A stretch of 63,881 nt of DNA, the filler included, from Octopus bimaculoides (Eukaryota): assembly GCF_001194135.2 (NCBI RefSeq). It is 4 parts of 3 records of this genome, joined end to end, with 100 filler letters (N's around TTAATTAATTAA, not from the genome) between each part and the next. Parts side by side here need not be neighbours in the genome. Positions count along the whole stretch, not along the records: positions 25,730 to 45,988 come from NC_068990.1; 3 more parts are not named here. One strand, 5' to 3'. Positions 28,472 through 40,247 of the stretch are shown here, one piece after another. The notes beneath the pieces are model-generated. The model saw only the letters and a list, made by a program, of their open reading frames with translations, did not search any database and was not told the DNA's origin. The position numbers were made by a program, and so were the translations under genes. Numbering within the stretch: position 1 is the first letter of the stretch; each line of letters opens with the position of its first letter.

Positions 28472-28782
28472 GGGGGAGTGGTCAACTTGAAATTTCTCCT
28501 ACCTGAAAGGAGAGATTTTACTAAATTCAGATGTGCTCTATATGGTAGATCAAATAACTGTTTTCAGATGTTGGGTTAACAGCCACAGAATCAGCTTTTC
28601 ATTATTGAATAAGTTGCCATATACCAATAACCATTAGTATAGCATGGCACAATAAATGATGGGATGGCAAGTAATTTTTATGAAACATTACAAAAGATCA
28701 CTAATACTGTTGTAAAAAGACAAGCAATAGCTCCCATCAAGCACTTGTTCTTGTGATGAGATACAACAACAAAAATATTACT

Positions 28783-28995
28783 TTCAAATTTTGGCAACAA
28801 GGCCAGCAATCTTGGGGGGGGGGGTATAAGTTAATTAAATCAATGCTAGTGCTCAACTGAAACTTATTTTATTGACCCTGAAAGGATGAAAGTCAAAGTC
28901 AACCTCAGCTGAATTTGAACTCGGAACGTAAAAATGGAACAAAATGCTGCTAAACTTCTTGCCCAGCATGCTAACAATTCTGCCAGCTTGCTACC
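28783..28995 (-). mobile_element. tRNA-SINE (tail B), strongly CpG-decayed
   Basis: TATTGACCCTGAAAGGATGAAAGTCAAAGTCAACCTCAGCTGAATTTGAACTC versus TATCGACCCCG(G/A)AAGGATGA(G/A)AGGCAAAGTCGACCTCGGCG(G/A)AATTTGAACTC in outside copies. Confidence 0.85.
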
Positions 28996-29043
28996 TTATA
29001 CAGCAACTAAAATATTACTAATAATATAAGAACCAATGTATTA

Positions 29044-29395
29044 TGTGTAGTGACGTCATTTGGCGCCAAGGTACGGTCGCCATTGCTGCGTTTTTATCCA
29101 CGCATGCGTGGAGTTCAACATCTAAGCGTTCCCGCTTTTTTCATTCTTTTTTTCTCGCCAGCCTGCGAAGAGGCAACACAGGTCCTACAGAGCTCTCTCA
29201 TTGAGCGTGGTCGTACCAAGCTGTCTCTCCAACAATCCAACTCTGGGGACAGCTCACAACAACATTCCGGCGTCTCAGCAACCAAAGGCTGCCTATTTCA
29301 TCCATAAATAAATATTGTTGTGTTGATAGTTCAGAGTTCTGCGTTTCGTTGTTATTCCGAATTTAATATAGGAAAGCAGGTGTACACCTAATGGT
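29044..29395. mobile_element. CpG-rich solo-LTR-like insert in the intron (class uncertain)
   Basis: Abrupt GC/CpG-rich island starting TGTGTAGTGACGTCATTTGGCGCCA, with AATAAA near 29306. No clean TG..CA ends or TSD could be resolved. Confidence 0.45.
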
Positions 29396-30786
29396 GTGTA
29401 ACCACTTCCCTAAATATGTAATTCCATATACAAAACAATCAGCAAAATACATTCTATTTGCTTCAATGACAATATTAAGGTTAGAGAAGAAGAAAAACCT
29501 GTTATTTTACAATTCATGCACTTAAGGTGAGCTTTTTGATGCATTTAACAGTTCGTAAAAGCCCAAACTTTCATCAAATCTTGATTTTTGAATATTTCAT
29601 TGAATAAAGAATCAGAGAATGAAGGAAATTATAAAGATGCAGATCTTTAATTCTCTTAATTTTTAAATAAGAATACCAGAAGAATTAGATTACAGGAATG
29701 TGATTGTGCAATAAAATTAATCTATAAGTTCATATTGGATGCTAAAGTTTCAATACAACCCATCAATTTGTTGATTTTGCATATCTGATAAGTATTTTGA
29801 TTGACTACAAAAATGAATACTTGCTAATTCCTTCAGCAGAAACCATTCTGTTAGCATAATTTATTTTGAGTGCAGTGGTAGTTTTTACATGTTTTGGATA
29901 TTAATAAGCATTTATAATTTCCTTGATCTTGCACAGCATCAATTCTTATCAAAATACAAGAGTCACTGCATTTAAATTCTAACTGCAACAATGAACTGAT
30001 CCCAGGATGTCAGTTTCTGATCTCCAATTCTTGAAGTATCAATTTTTTTTTTTTTTTAGCTACCAAATAATAGTGTGGGACACTTCCAAATCTACTGCAA
30101 AAGCCTGAACTATCATTCACCAAAAATATAAATTCATGTGGAGATTCTGCATGCTGACATTTTCGAGATACCTTAATCTGTGTTGTGACAACTTTGTCCT
30201 AGAGTCCCTTGTGTTAATGAATTGAGTGTGTTATGAACACACATTCTTTGTTAAGTAGTTGTTCTCTAGTGATGAAACACAACAGCAATTAGTATATTCA
30301 TGTTCGAATTTGCCAGAACATATTAAGAATAAATATACAAGTCATTTTGATTCTTATTGTTCACTTTACATATGATAATTTAATAATATGTATTGTTATT
30401 AATCAAACTCAAAAGTAGATGAAAGAGTATATGACTGTTAGTCTTCAAGAAAAACCTTACTTTGATTAGGAGTCAAAGTATCTAGTTTCACCTAAATAGA
30501 ACATGGGCTGGTTTCAAACTGGATCTGTTTAGTCATTTATACAGCAATGAATGGTAGTTGTTTGAAACAAATCCATTTGGAGAGCTAAACTTGCAAAGAA
30601 AATGACAACACAAGTACAGGAAAATACAAATTTTCCTTTGATTATATTTGGAGGTTCATTAGATCAAATTTTATAATTTTCTTATATGAAGGGAAGAAGT
30701 AACTTTTCTAAAGCTTCGTGAGACCACTACTGAGACGCTTCTGAAAAAACAGAAAACCGTTGGAAAACAGTTTATAGCAGAGACTC

Positions 30787-30843
30787 CATCTAAGAATATC
30801 TGAAGAAGGAATTGTAATTCCGAAATATCATCGGACTATAGAT
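30787..30843 (+). ncRNA. Degenerate minimal hammerhead-ribozyme motif of Penelope pLTR type
   Basis: CTGAAGA (30800-30806), A, stem II GGAAT-TGTA-ATTCC, GAAA, T-ATC-A and TC. Stem I is only partly paired (ATCTA/TAGAT). Confidence 0.45.
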
Positions 30844-33574
30844 AACCAAATTACAACAGGTATATAGTCCATTTTTGTATTATAGTGCATTGTTGTACCA
30901 TCCAAAACGTTTTATTCTTTAATTACTTAACTGATTTTTAGGGCTCACTGAGCTGCACAATTTAGTCATCAATTATAAATTCACCAATACAACCTAATTG
31001 TTGATAATTCTTTAATGAATACCAATATGCATATTCAAAAGTTTTCTTGGAAATATTGCTAAAAAGATTTAGTGACAAACAAACATCTTAATTGGTGAGT
31101 TTTACCAAAAGAATATCATCATATACTTGCAAAAATATTGCCTAATCTGTCATTATATATTAGAACATTATATATTGGTACCACAAGGATCCATAATATC
31201 TCTGTATTATGTGAGTGATAATATTATTATTATAGCTAACTTATATTCATTTTTATTAGCCAGCTATCCAACAACAACACTATTTCACTTTCATCCTTCT
31301 ATTGACTTCTTATTATAGTTTATTGCTCCTTACTATAGCCAAAGTGAAGTTATGAACCAACAATCTCTCTAGAGATAAGTCATTTATTGATATGTTGTTG
31401 TCATGTATTTCCCAATTTCTACATAGTGTCATATCACCCAGTCATTTGTTTTTACTTCTTACCAGCTCCGATGTTGCCAGGAAGTGGAGCAGGGGATACC
31501 AATACCATTTAGTAGATACAGCTCAAGTACAATTAACTCTTTAGAAGTTGACACTGTTCTACTCAACATTATGACTCATTATTTATGATATTAACTGAGT
31601 GTCATGGTACTATGGTAAGTTCTGAAACTGGGATCACAAATGTATGTGATTCCAAGTTGGAAATATTCCACTTGTAACATTTAATGCCTTTCAGACATGA
31701 ACAATACCACAATCTATTCTAAGGTTTTGCACCAATATATGAAATCATTATTTATAATATTCATTGTCCCTACTGACATTGGTTTGATGGTCTTAACAGG
31801 CAAGTTTGGCAATACTCCCAAAGCACATTATTAGGGTATAAGTATAGTAAATCAGTTCTGAAAGCATATTAAACACAGTCACATCATGTATACCAAAGAT
31901 AATTTGAACAGAGTGGTTTCATAGATTCCTTCTTCCAACCAGTAATGTCGAGCTGTTGGCTTGCTTCGCTAAATGCTTAATTAATTAACTGCATTTTTAC
32001 CTTACATTAGGTTATTCACATTACTAAACAGTCCTTTTGATTTTGGAAAGGTTAAGAATTAATGTCATTAGGAGATTTTTAATAATGTTGACTCCTTGCA
32101 CCTTCATATTCTGATGGAAATATTTGCATTGCTTTATGGGGACAATGCATGTAATTCCATTTGTTTTAAAGAGTCAAACTCAATTGAGAAATAATTAAGA
32201 AATATTTTGAGAAGAAAAGAAAATTAACAATCAATTAAGAATAATTTGTTTTTCATATGGCTGGGGGGTGGGGAACAACTATATGTAACATTAATGAAGC
32301 CTGTGAATATTACAAAACCCAGACAATCTTTAATAACAAATAAAGAAGCACAGTTACCCTGGTAGCACCATTACACAGAATAGCAAAGATAGAAAGATTG
32401 AGATAAGGATATAAAAGACTGACAATGTTTGCTTTCAGCTAGTTTCCGTAAGATACTTGAACTTCCCTAAGAACACTGAAGTCCAGTTGGATAACCCCCT
32501 ACTTTCTGTCACTCTTGATTTACTAGCATTATTAGCGCTAGAATTGAGAATCAGAGAAAAATATTTGCACACAAGATTAAATAACCTTCATAAGATTGCA
32601 AACAAAATCAGAGATATGATCAGAAACAAAATGGTTAGAATGATAGCATACACACAGCTTCAGAGCATTAAATGATTAACTTATGGAAAAGATTATAAAA
32701 TTAGCCAGCCTCTCATAACTATAAAGTTGTGGAATTTGAGCTAGAGGATAGAAGATGAGCAAGAAGGAAATGAATAGAAAATTTAGCAATGACCTTCTTG
32801 AGTCACAGAAACATCCCATCAAGCTCTTTGACTGCTGTTTCAGTTCCAGATATCAGCAGTGAATGACAAAGTAAGAAAATGTATAAGATTCAATCAGAAG
32901 ATATATAATTAGGATCTGTTTTTTTTTTTTTTTAAAGAAAATTGACAAAAACTTGTAAACCTGGAAAATTTATTTTTCCCTTTTAATTTAGAAAGTTTTT
33001 ATCAATCTTCTAAAAAAGGAAGATTCAGTTGTTCCAGAAATTTAATGTTTTATAATTTGCATGTTGACTTATCTCATCACCATTGATTTATTACTTTTTT
33101 TTTAGGTTTAATATAATTTAGACAAGTCTGTGTAACTGCCTACTTTCACATATTCTTATGAGAAATAGTAGTAGGAAGTACAACAGAGCCAAGCCAACCC
33201 CTTATTTGCATAAGTAGCATGAAAACATATGATCTATCAAATGTTTCGTGACAAGTATCAAGTTTACCAGGTTAACTTCTGATTTCAGTTCAATTCCTTA
33301 AAAGAAAGATAAGCAATAAATGTAATGAAGTTTACATCAATCTAGTTTGCCTCCAGTAATTACTAGTACTTATTGCATCAAACCCAATGAGAAGAGATAC
33401 AGACTACTCTAGACTGGATCCTATAATCTAACTGTTACGAACTATAAACCAATGTTACTGCTTTTGATAATTAAATGAAAGTTTTGAACCACACTGTCAG
33501 CAACAAGCTGATACTTTTTGCTTCTAGGCTATGTCATTTAGTCACACACAGGTAAGTACCCAGAGAAATCAGAT

Positions 33575-33720
33575 GTTCAAAGATGTTCATCTCCTCTTTT
33601 ATTAAGGCATACTAATCCATGTCTACATTATCCAATATGTACATCTTTTTAAGATGGTAGGACATGAAGAAAATTCAGCTGCTATTTCTAGCAGGTTGAG
33701 CATCCACATAAAGGCCTTCA
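33575..33720 (+). repeat. Interspersed repeat of unassigned class; related copies at 44135-44320 (-) and 44380-44500 (+)
   Basis: Shared motif ATTT/CAGCTGCTATTTCTAGCAGG and TACATTATCCAAT...TTTAAGATGGTAG in all copies. Confidence 0.55.
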
Positions 33721-34028
33721 CTGTAGGCTTGTCTAGGCTATGCTGACATGTCTGAGGGTAATGAAATAAATAAATAACAGGATAGAAGTGTTTCAATCTC
33801 AAAGTTGAGCTTTTAGCTTTATAATATCAGCATGTGTAACAAAGCTTTGAACCATTTTCAGTCAATTTCCCAGTCCCTAACTTACTGACGTCAAGTTGGC
33901 ATCAGATTTCTCCAGAACTAATAAGGTTAGCCATCTTTACAAGCAGAAATATATAAAAGTATAAATAAATGAACAAATAAAATAATAAAAAAAAAAAGAG
34001 AGAGAAACAAGATTTTGCCAAAATAGTC

Positions 34029-34078
<50 letters not shown>

Positions 34079-35391
34079 CACACAACTTTAATTAAAAAAA
34101 AGTTCAATCAGAAGAAATTTTTTTCAAAGAATTTATTATTAATTTTTTTTACAGAAATTAAATAGAAAAAATAATTATAAAAACAAACAAATCTTCATTC
34201 TGAAATAGCGTGTCTTGATGGAGTATAACTAGTTGCTTCAGGGATATGTATGTATGCAATTCCTGTATATGTGTGAGTTTTACTGGATAATTACAGTTTA
34301 TTTATACATACTTATCCACATGCATTATACAGTATGAATAAATTCGAATATGTATAATTACATATAGACACACATACCTATGTATACATTTTTGTATGGA
34401 ATATTTTGAATAGAGAGAGGAAAACAGTAATTAATTTACATTTAAAGAAATCTTTGAGTGACATTTGCAAACCATTGAGCTAGAGAAAATAGCAAGTGGA
34501 AACTAACAACAGGTGCTGGAAACTATTAGGATCTGCTCTAGCATTAAAAGGGATTCATATTACAGTCCTGGCTGGGAATTCCAACAGTAGTTCTTTTAAA
34601 CAGGGCTTAAAAAATTTGTGCCCATACCCACCCAGAAGAATGTTATAAATTCTTTGTGGGTGTGTCTCTGTCAGAAACCTAATGTATAAGGAAACATGTG
34701 AAGGAGTGGTGTGGCAGAACTAAAAGGAGGAAGAGAGGGACAGACAGAATTACTGAATTTTCAAACTAACAAAATAGGAGTTTAAAACAGTTTTAGGTTG
34801 GTTAAGCAGAGACAACTATTATTGTCAAAAATATTAAAACATTTGAAGAATTTTCACCAATTTTGATTTATGAAACTTGTGATAAAGAAAAAAGGAAGTT
34901 GTCAGTTTGTATATACACAAAAAAAGAAAAATAAATATAAAATAAATAAATAAATAACCCAACAGCATTATTCCATGTGCCACACAAGCCCTCTAATCCT
35001 CATATGTATGATCATGTGTACAAATAATTTAACAACTCTGACAATTTTTAAATCTGCCTAGGTAGTAAAAATTGATTGGGCTATTTACGATATATTTTGT
35101 AGATTTATTCAAATAGCATTTGAATGAGTATATTTTCTGGTCATCTACAGATGTTCTATTTTTTTCATATATGAATGTTTTGAGTTAAATCTTATCCGAT
35201 GGAAATATATACAACAAATCATGGATTTCAATGTCTTTATCCAATGAGACAGTTTATAGATATATTTATTGAAATCTATCTAAACTTTTTATAAAATAGC
35301 AATAATCCTCACCAACAAAGTTAGTTTTTGTATGTGGCAGATGTTCAGGTGCAATAAACACTGTAAACAAACAGGAAACAACTATCTCATT

Positions 35392-36470
35392 CCAGGGAGA
35401 AAAATTAGAGGTAGTCGATAGCTTCCGCTATCTGGGTGACCAAGTTAGTAGTGGGGATGGGTGCACTGAAAGTGTAACTGCTAGAATAAGAATAGCCTGG
35501 GCCAAGTTTAGAGAGCTCTTACCTCTGCTGGCGACAAAGGGACTCTCACTCAGAGTAAAAGGCAGACTGTATGACGCATGTGTACGAACAGCCATGCTAC
35601 ATGGCAGTGAAACATGGGCTGTGACTGCTGNNNNNNNNNNNNNNNNNNNNNNNNNNNNNNNNNNNNNNNNNNNNNNNNNNNNNNNNNNNNNNNNNNNNNN
35701 NNNNNNNNNNNNNNNNNNNNNNNNNNNNNNNNNNNNNNNNNNNNNNNNNNNNNNNNNNNNNNNNNNNNNNNNNNNNNNNNNNNNNNNNNNNNNNNNNNNN
35801 NNNNNNNNNNNNNNNNNNNNNNNNNNNNNNNNNNNNNNNNNNNNNNNNNNNNNNNNNNNNNNNNNNNNNNNNNNNNNNNNNNNNNNNNNNNNNNNNNNNN
35901 NNNNNNNNNNNNNNNNNNNNNNNNNNNNNNNNNNNNNNNNNNNNNNNNNNNNNNNNNNNNNNNNNNNNNNNNNNNNNNNNNNNNNNNNNNNNNNNNNNNN
36001 NNNNNNNNNNNNNNNNNNNNNNNNNNNNNNNNNNNNNNNNNNNNNNNNNNNNNNNNNNNNNNNNNNNNNNNNNNNNNNNNNNNNNNNNNNNNNNNNNNNN
36101 NNNNNNNNNNNNNNNNNNNNNNNNNNNNNNNNNNNNNNNNNNNNNNNNNNNNNNNNNNNNNNNNNNNNGCGTGACCATTGCCAGTACCGCCTGACTGGCC
36201 TTGTAGGGTTTTCGAGCGAGATCGTTGCCAGTGCCCCTGGACTGGCTCTTGTGCGGGTGGCACATAAAAGACACCATTTCGAGCGTGGCCGTTTTCATGC
36301 GGGTGACACGTAAAAGCACCCACTACACTCTCTGAGTGGTTGGCGTTAGGAAGGGCATCCAGCTGTAGAAACTCTGCCAAATTAGATTGGAGCCTGGTGT
36401 AGCCATCAGGTTGCACCAGTCCTCAGTCAAATCGTCCAACCCATGCTAGCATGGAAAGTGGACGTTAAAC

Positions 36471-36503
<33 letters not shown>
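35392..36503 (+). mobile_element. Young 5'-truncated RTE LINE (end of RT domain, N gap, 3' UTR, (GAT)n tail)
   Basis: GEKLEVVDSFRYLGDQVSSGDGCTESVTARIRIAWAKFRELLPLL...VRTAMLHGSETW reads without stops. CpGs are retained, and the tail is (GAT)n. Confidence 0.9.
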
Positions 36504-37333
36504 ACTAATAAGGCAATAAGATTACATCACAGTAACATAGAAATACCACTAACTCAATAAAAGCAAAGACAATATGAAAAACCAAAGTCACTTTAGATTT
36601 AATTTCAAGAAAAATTGTAAAGAAAAATTACAAACTATAAAATCTTAAATTACTTGCATGATATTTTATGCAAGTAAAGTTTTGTTTGTACCTTTTTGCA
36701 AATATTGTTCTTTGGTAAAACACTAATCATGAATAAACAATAAAATTCTAACCATGTGAATGAGCAATCATTAATCAGATTGGGGTTATGACTTTCTGCT
36801 CCTGTTGAAGATGAAATCACTCCAGTCAGGTGAGTTTGAATGGTCAAGTAGCATAACAGCAGTCATGAAAGTACATAAGCAACAGGCATCTTTCAATCTA
36901 GATATACCATACCGCATGAATTTTCTGCGACTATACAGTAATCTTTGCCAAGTTCAATACAAATGCATTAATTAGACTCAGTTTCTATTCATTGGGATTT
37001 ATTGGATGCAGCTAGTAATCTAGCACAAAGTTTGTGCTTGGAATATCAACTGGTGTTTTAGTATGTGTGTGTGTGTGTGTTTTGATTAAGTGGGAGAGAT
37101 AATGTTCACTATTTTTTCGTTGCTCAAGTAAATACTGACGAATGCTACAAGAGTAATCAATTGTTACAGGTGGTAGGTCATAATCCCATTATATGAAAGT
37201 TTCTAGACAACATTACTGTATTTCAGATGCAGAGTTCCAAACCAGAAAATAATTAGTTAATTACATACTTAAGACTATTAAGTCATTGCTTGATCACAAA
37301 ACTGATTTTTATCCAGTCAAACATTTTAAACAT

Positions 37334-37560
37334 ATCATTATCATTTAACATCCTCTTTTCATACTGGTATGGGTTGGACAATTTGACAAAAGATGGTAAA
37401 TTAGGAGAGTGTGTTAAGCTCTACTAACTGCTTTGGCATAGTTTCTATGGCTGGATGCTCTTCTGAACACCAACCACTTTACAGAGTGTACTGGGTGCTT
37501 TTTAAGTGGCACCAGTAGCAGTGAGGTCACCAAGTAATCTGCAAGACAAGGCCCCTCAAC
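37334..37560 (-). mobile_element. Older RTE-type 3' end, CpG-decayed
   Basis: TCATTATCATTTAACATCC..TTTCATACTGGTATGGGTTGGACAATTTGAC and CAACCACTTTACAGAGTGTACTGGGTGCTTTT are reverse complements of the RTE 3' UTR. Confidence 0.7.
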
Positions 37561-38213
37561 TGAGGAGCGAAGCAGTGTTGAGGGAGGTGACTTAGTGCAA
37601 GGTGATGAAAGTATAGAGTATGAATACAGGGACAGAAATAGGTGTGTTGCAGTAAGGGAGATACATGGCAACCTTAGTTAGAGAAAGAGAGGGAAAGAGA
37701 GAGTGTGTGAGTAGAGAGAGAGTGGACAGAGTGTGGAAGGAGAGAATGGAGAGAAAGAGAGAGTGGAAAGGGTGAGTGGAGAGAGTGGAAAGAGAGAGAG
37801 AAGTGAGGTAAGATGGAAAAGATATGTGGAGTACACTCAAGTTACAGGGAGGTATATACAGTGAAGTGGACCAGAAACTGGATAGGGGAATGTAGTGAGT
37901 GGGCACAGGTAGAGGGAGGGGGTGTTAAGAGGGTTTGTGAGAAAGAAAGGAGAGGGACATATTTGCAAGGGTGAGTGGAAGGTCGAGGGAAGGGGTATCC
38001 TTGAAACTTAAAGTTTTGATAAGTCAAGGACATTTTAAACTTAAAACTGTTAAGGTACTGAACAACGTGGTTCTTGAAAACTCAAAACAGCTAAGTTATT
38101 TAGCAATTCATCAAATAACAACTTTGATTAGCACTCAAACATGCCTTCTCCATCACCAACATAAAATTTGGAGTGACAGGTGTAAAATAATTTAGCTGAA
38201 TAGGTTGAGTTAG

Positions 38214-38467
38214 CACTGGTTCTCAACCATTTTTTTCCTATGGACTCCTTTGATTCCTATTTTACTCTACTAGACCTCCACAACCATCTGATGTTTTAAA
38301 AAATCCTATTATATTTTTATAATTAAATATTATTAAGAACTGTATAAAAAAATTTGCTAAAATATTTTGTATTATAGGAGTATAATTAATTTATTGCACT
38401 TAAATTTTAACAACAAAATCTTATATGAATGCCAAAGGGTCATGTGGACCACGGTTGAGAACTACTG
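38214..38467. mobile_element. hAT-like MITE with a flanking 6-bp direct repeat
   Basis: 15-bp TIRs CACTGGTTCTCAACC / GGTTGAGAACTACTG (2 mismatches), with AGTTAG at 38208-38213 and 38468-38473. Confidence 0.8.
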
Positions 38468-38929
38468 AGTTAGTCTTTCACTTGCGACTACTACTTATGT
38501 GCTTAGTTGGTTCTCTGCTGATTCAAAATTTGGAACCTGTGGTCCCATCACAGAAGTTTAGCTGCTGAACTAGCTATTTGAGTCACCAATGTAAAATAAG
38601 CTACTTTACATTACAAAAGTCACCGAGCTTGCACATAATTCTGTTATTCTCCAAGAAAGCCTTGTTAGTGAAATGTGTATTTAGTATAGTTGTTTTAGAA
38701 AGATAGCAATTTGTTGCATAACTAAAGCTTCCAGAAGACATATTTCCAGGTGTTCTTATAAGAAAAGTAGAAGTAGCAGTACAATAAAACCATCCTTCAT
38801 TTGTCAATTGTGAATATGGTTTGGATGCTTATGACAGCTCATATATCACTCATCAACTCTACCACATGCATGCACACACAAAAGCAGGAGGGTGAAGCCA
38901 ATTTATAGAAGCAAGACTTAAATACTTAC

Positions 38930-39017
38930 TGTCTAAGCGTGCTACTATACTATCTATTTGACATTGCTTTGTATAGGAATCTTCAATAGTGGGATCATAG
39001 TCTGTGACAAAGTAGGA
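38930..39017 (-). CDS. RRAS2: R-Ras2/TC21-like GTPase, internal exon (equivalent to exon 2): [29 protein letters not shown] + first base of I
   Basis: TTTGCAG acceptor at 39018-39019 and GTAAGT donor at 38929-38924. The exon is 88 bp and phase-compatible with the 103-bp exon. The effector loop YDPTIEDSY preceded by SYFVTD is diagnostic of R-Ras/R-Ras2/Ras64B rather than H/K/N-Ras or M-Ras. Confidence 0.97.
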
Positions 39018-39107
39018 CTGCAAACAAACAAAATAAAAACAAATTAGTAAATCATTCAGCATGTATATTATTATATATAGTTCATAAAGTTAAACAAATA
39101 GTTATTA

Positions 39108-39939
39108 TATGGAAAAATGCGAGCAAGAGAAATAATATTCTTAAGACTATAAACCTGGAAAAGTACGGGACAAGTTATTACACTTGGAGAAGTTCAGGAC
39201 AAGTTATTACATCTGGTACAGTACAGAACAAGAAAACTTTTACTTAAAATATTGCAGCTAAGGATAAAATTTCAAATAAAATATTTAGATTTAGAAAATA
39301 TTAGCTTTTATTAAAACTAAAAATTCTATTACAAGTTATTGCTTCTATTTGTTATTTCTTTTAAAAAATTCATTTTTTAAATTATTAATTAATAATTAGA
39401 AATTTAAAAATAGGTTATAAAAAATATTAGCAGTACATAATTAATACAAAAAATAGAATAATACAAAAATTAGTTACATATTTCAGTAAAATCTACCAAT
39501 AACAACAAATTCACAGTAAAATTTGCTTGAGTTATTGTCTAAGTTATTGCTAAAGTCTTCACATTTTTAGTCTTGACCCAATGCCTATTTTTTACATAAT
39601 GAATTTGCCTACCATATATACTATTCTACTTTGCATAAAACTTTAGCTATATTGGTACTTCTGGCTCTCATTTTTAAAGTATTCTAGTGTTTCAATATTT
39701 TAACAAAATGATGGTACCTTTTTCAATTATAATGTCACTTTGTAAATTAAAATCAAACAATGTTTTTAATATTCAAATTTTATCCTGAGCTGCAATATTT
39801 TAAGTAAAAATTTTCTTGTCCTGTACTTTACCAGATGTAATAACTTGTCCTGAACTTTTCCAAGTGTAATAACTTGTTCTGTACTTTTCCTGGTTTATTA
39901 TTTTAAGAATATTATTTCTCTTGCTCACATTTTCCCATG
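39108..39939. mobile_element. TA-flanked fold-back MITE with ~165-bp TIRs containing ~29-bp tandem subrepeats
   Basis: 39108-39275 is the reverse complement of 39771-39939 (about 90% by eye). TA flanks the element at 39106-39107 and 39940-39941. The subrepeat GGAAAAGTACAGGACAAGTTATTACA occurs about three times per arm. Confidence 0.85.
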
Positions 39940-40215
39940 TAATCCATGTTTTTTCCAGACTATGCTATTATGCTAATTAATAATTTAAGATTTTACCTTA
40001 GTGAAAATTGATTAATAAATTTAAAGTGTGTGTTGTGTGTGTATGTGTGAGAGAAGGTGTGTGTTGTTGTGTGTGTGTGTGTGTGTGTGAGGGAGAGACT
40101 GCAACGTACATTTTTTAATTTATTTTTTCCTTGCATCTTTGAGTGTGTGAGTGATTGACTGAGAAAGAGAGAGAGAGGTGTGTATTGTCAGAAAGAGAGA
40201 GAGCAAGTGTGTTGC

Positions 40216-40247
<32 letters not shown>

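Noticed and set aside
38859-39062. 67-aa ORF as a complete small Ras-like protein
   Set aside because: Only 38930-39017 is exonic. The MLNDLL.. and SKYLSL.. ends are intron sequence read through the splice sites.
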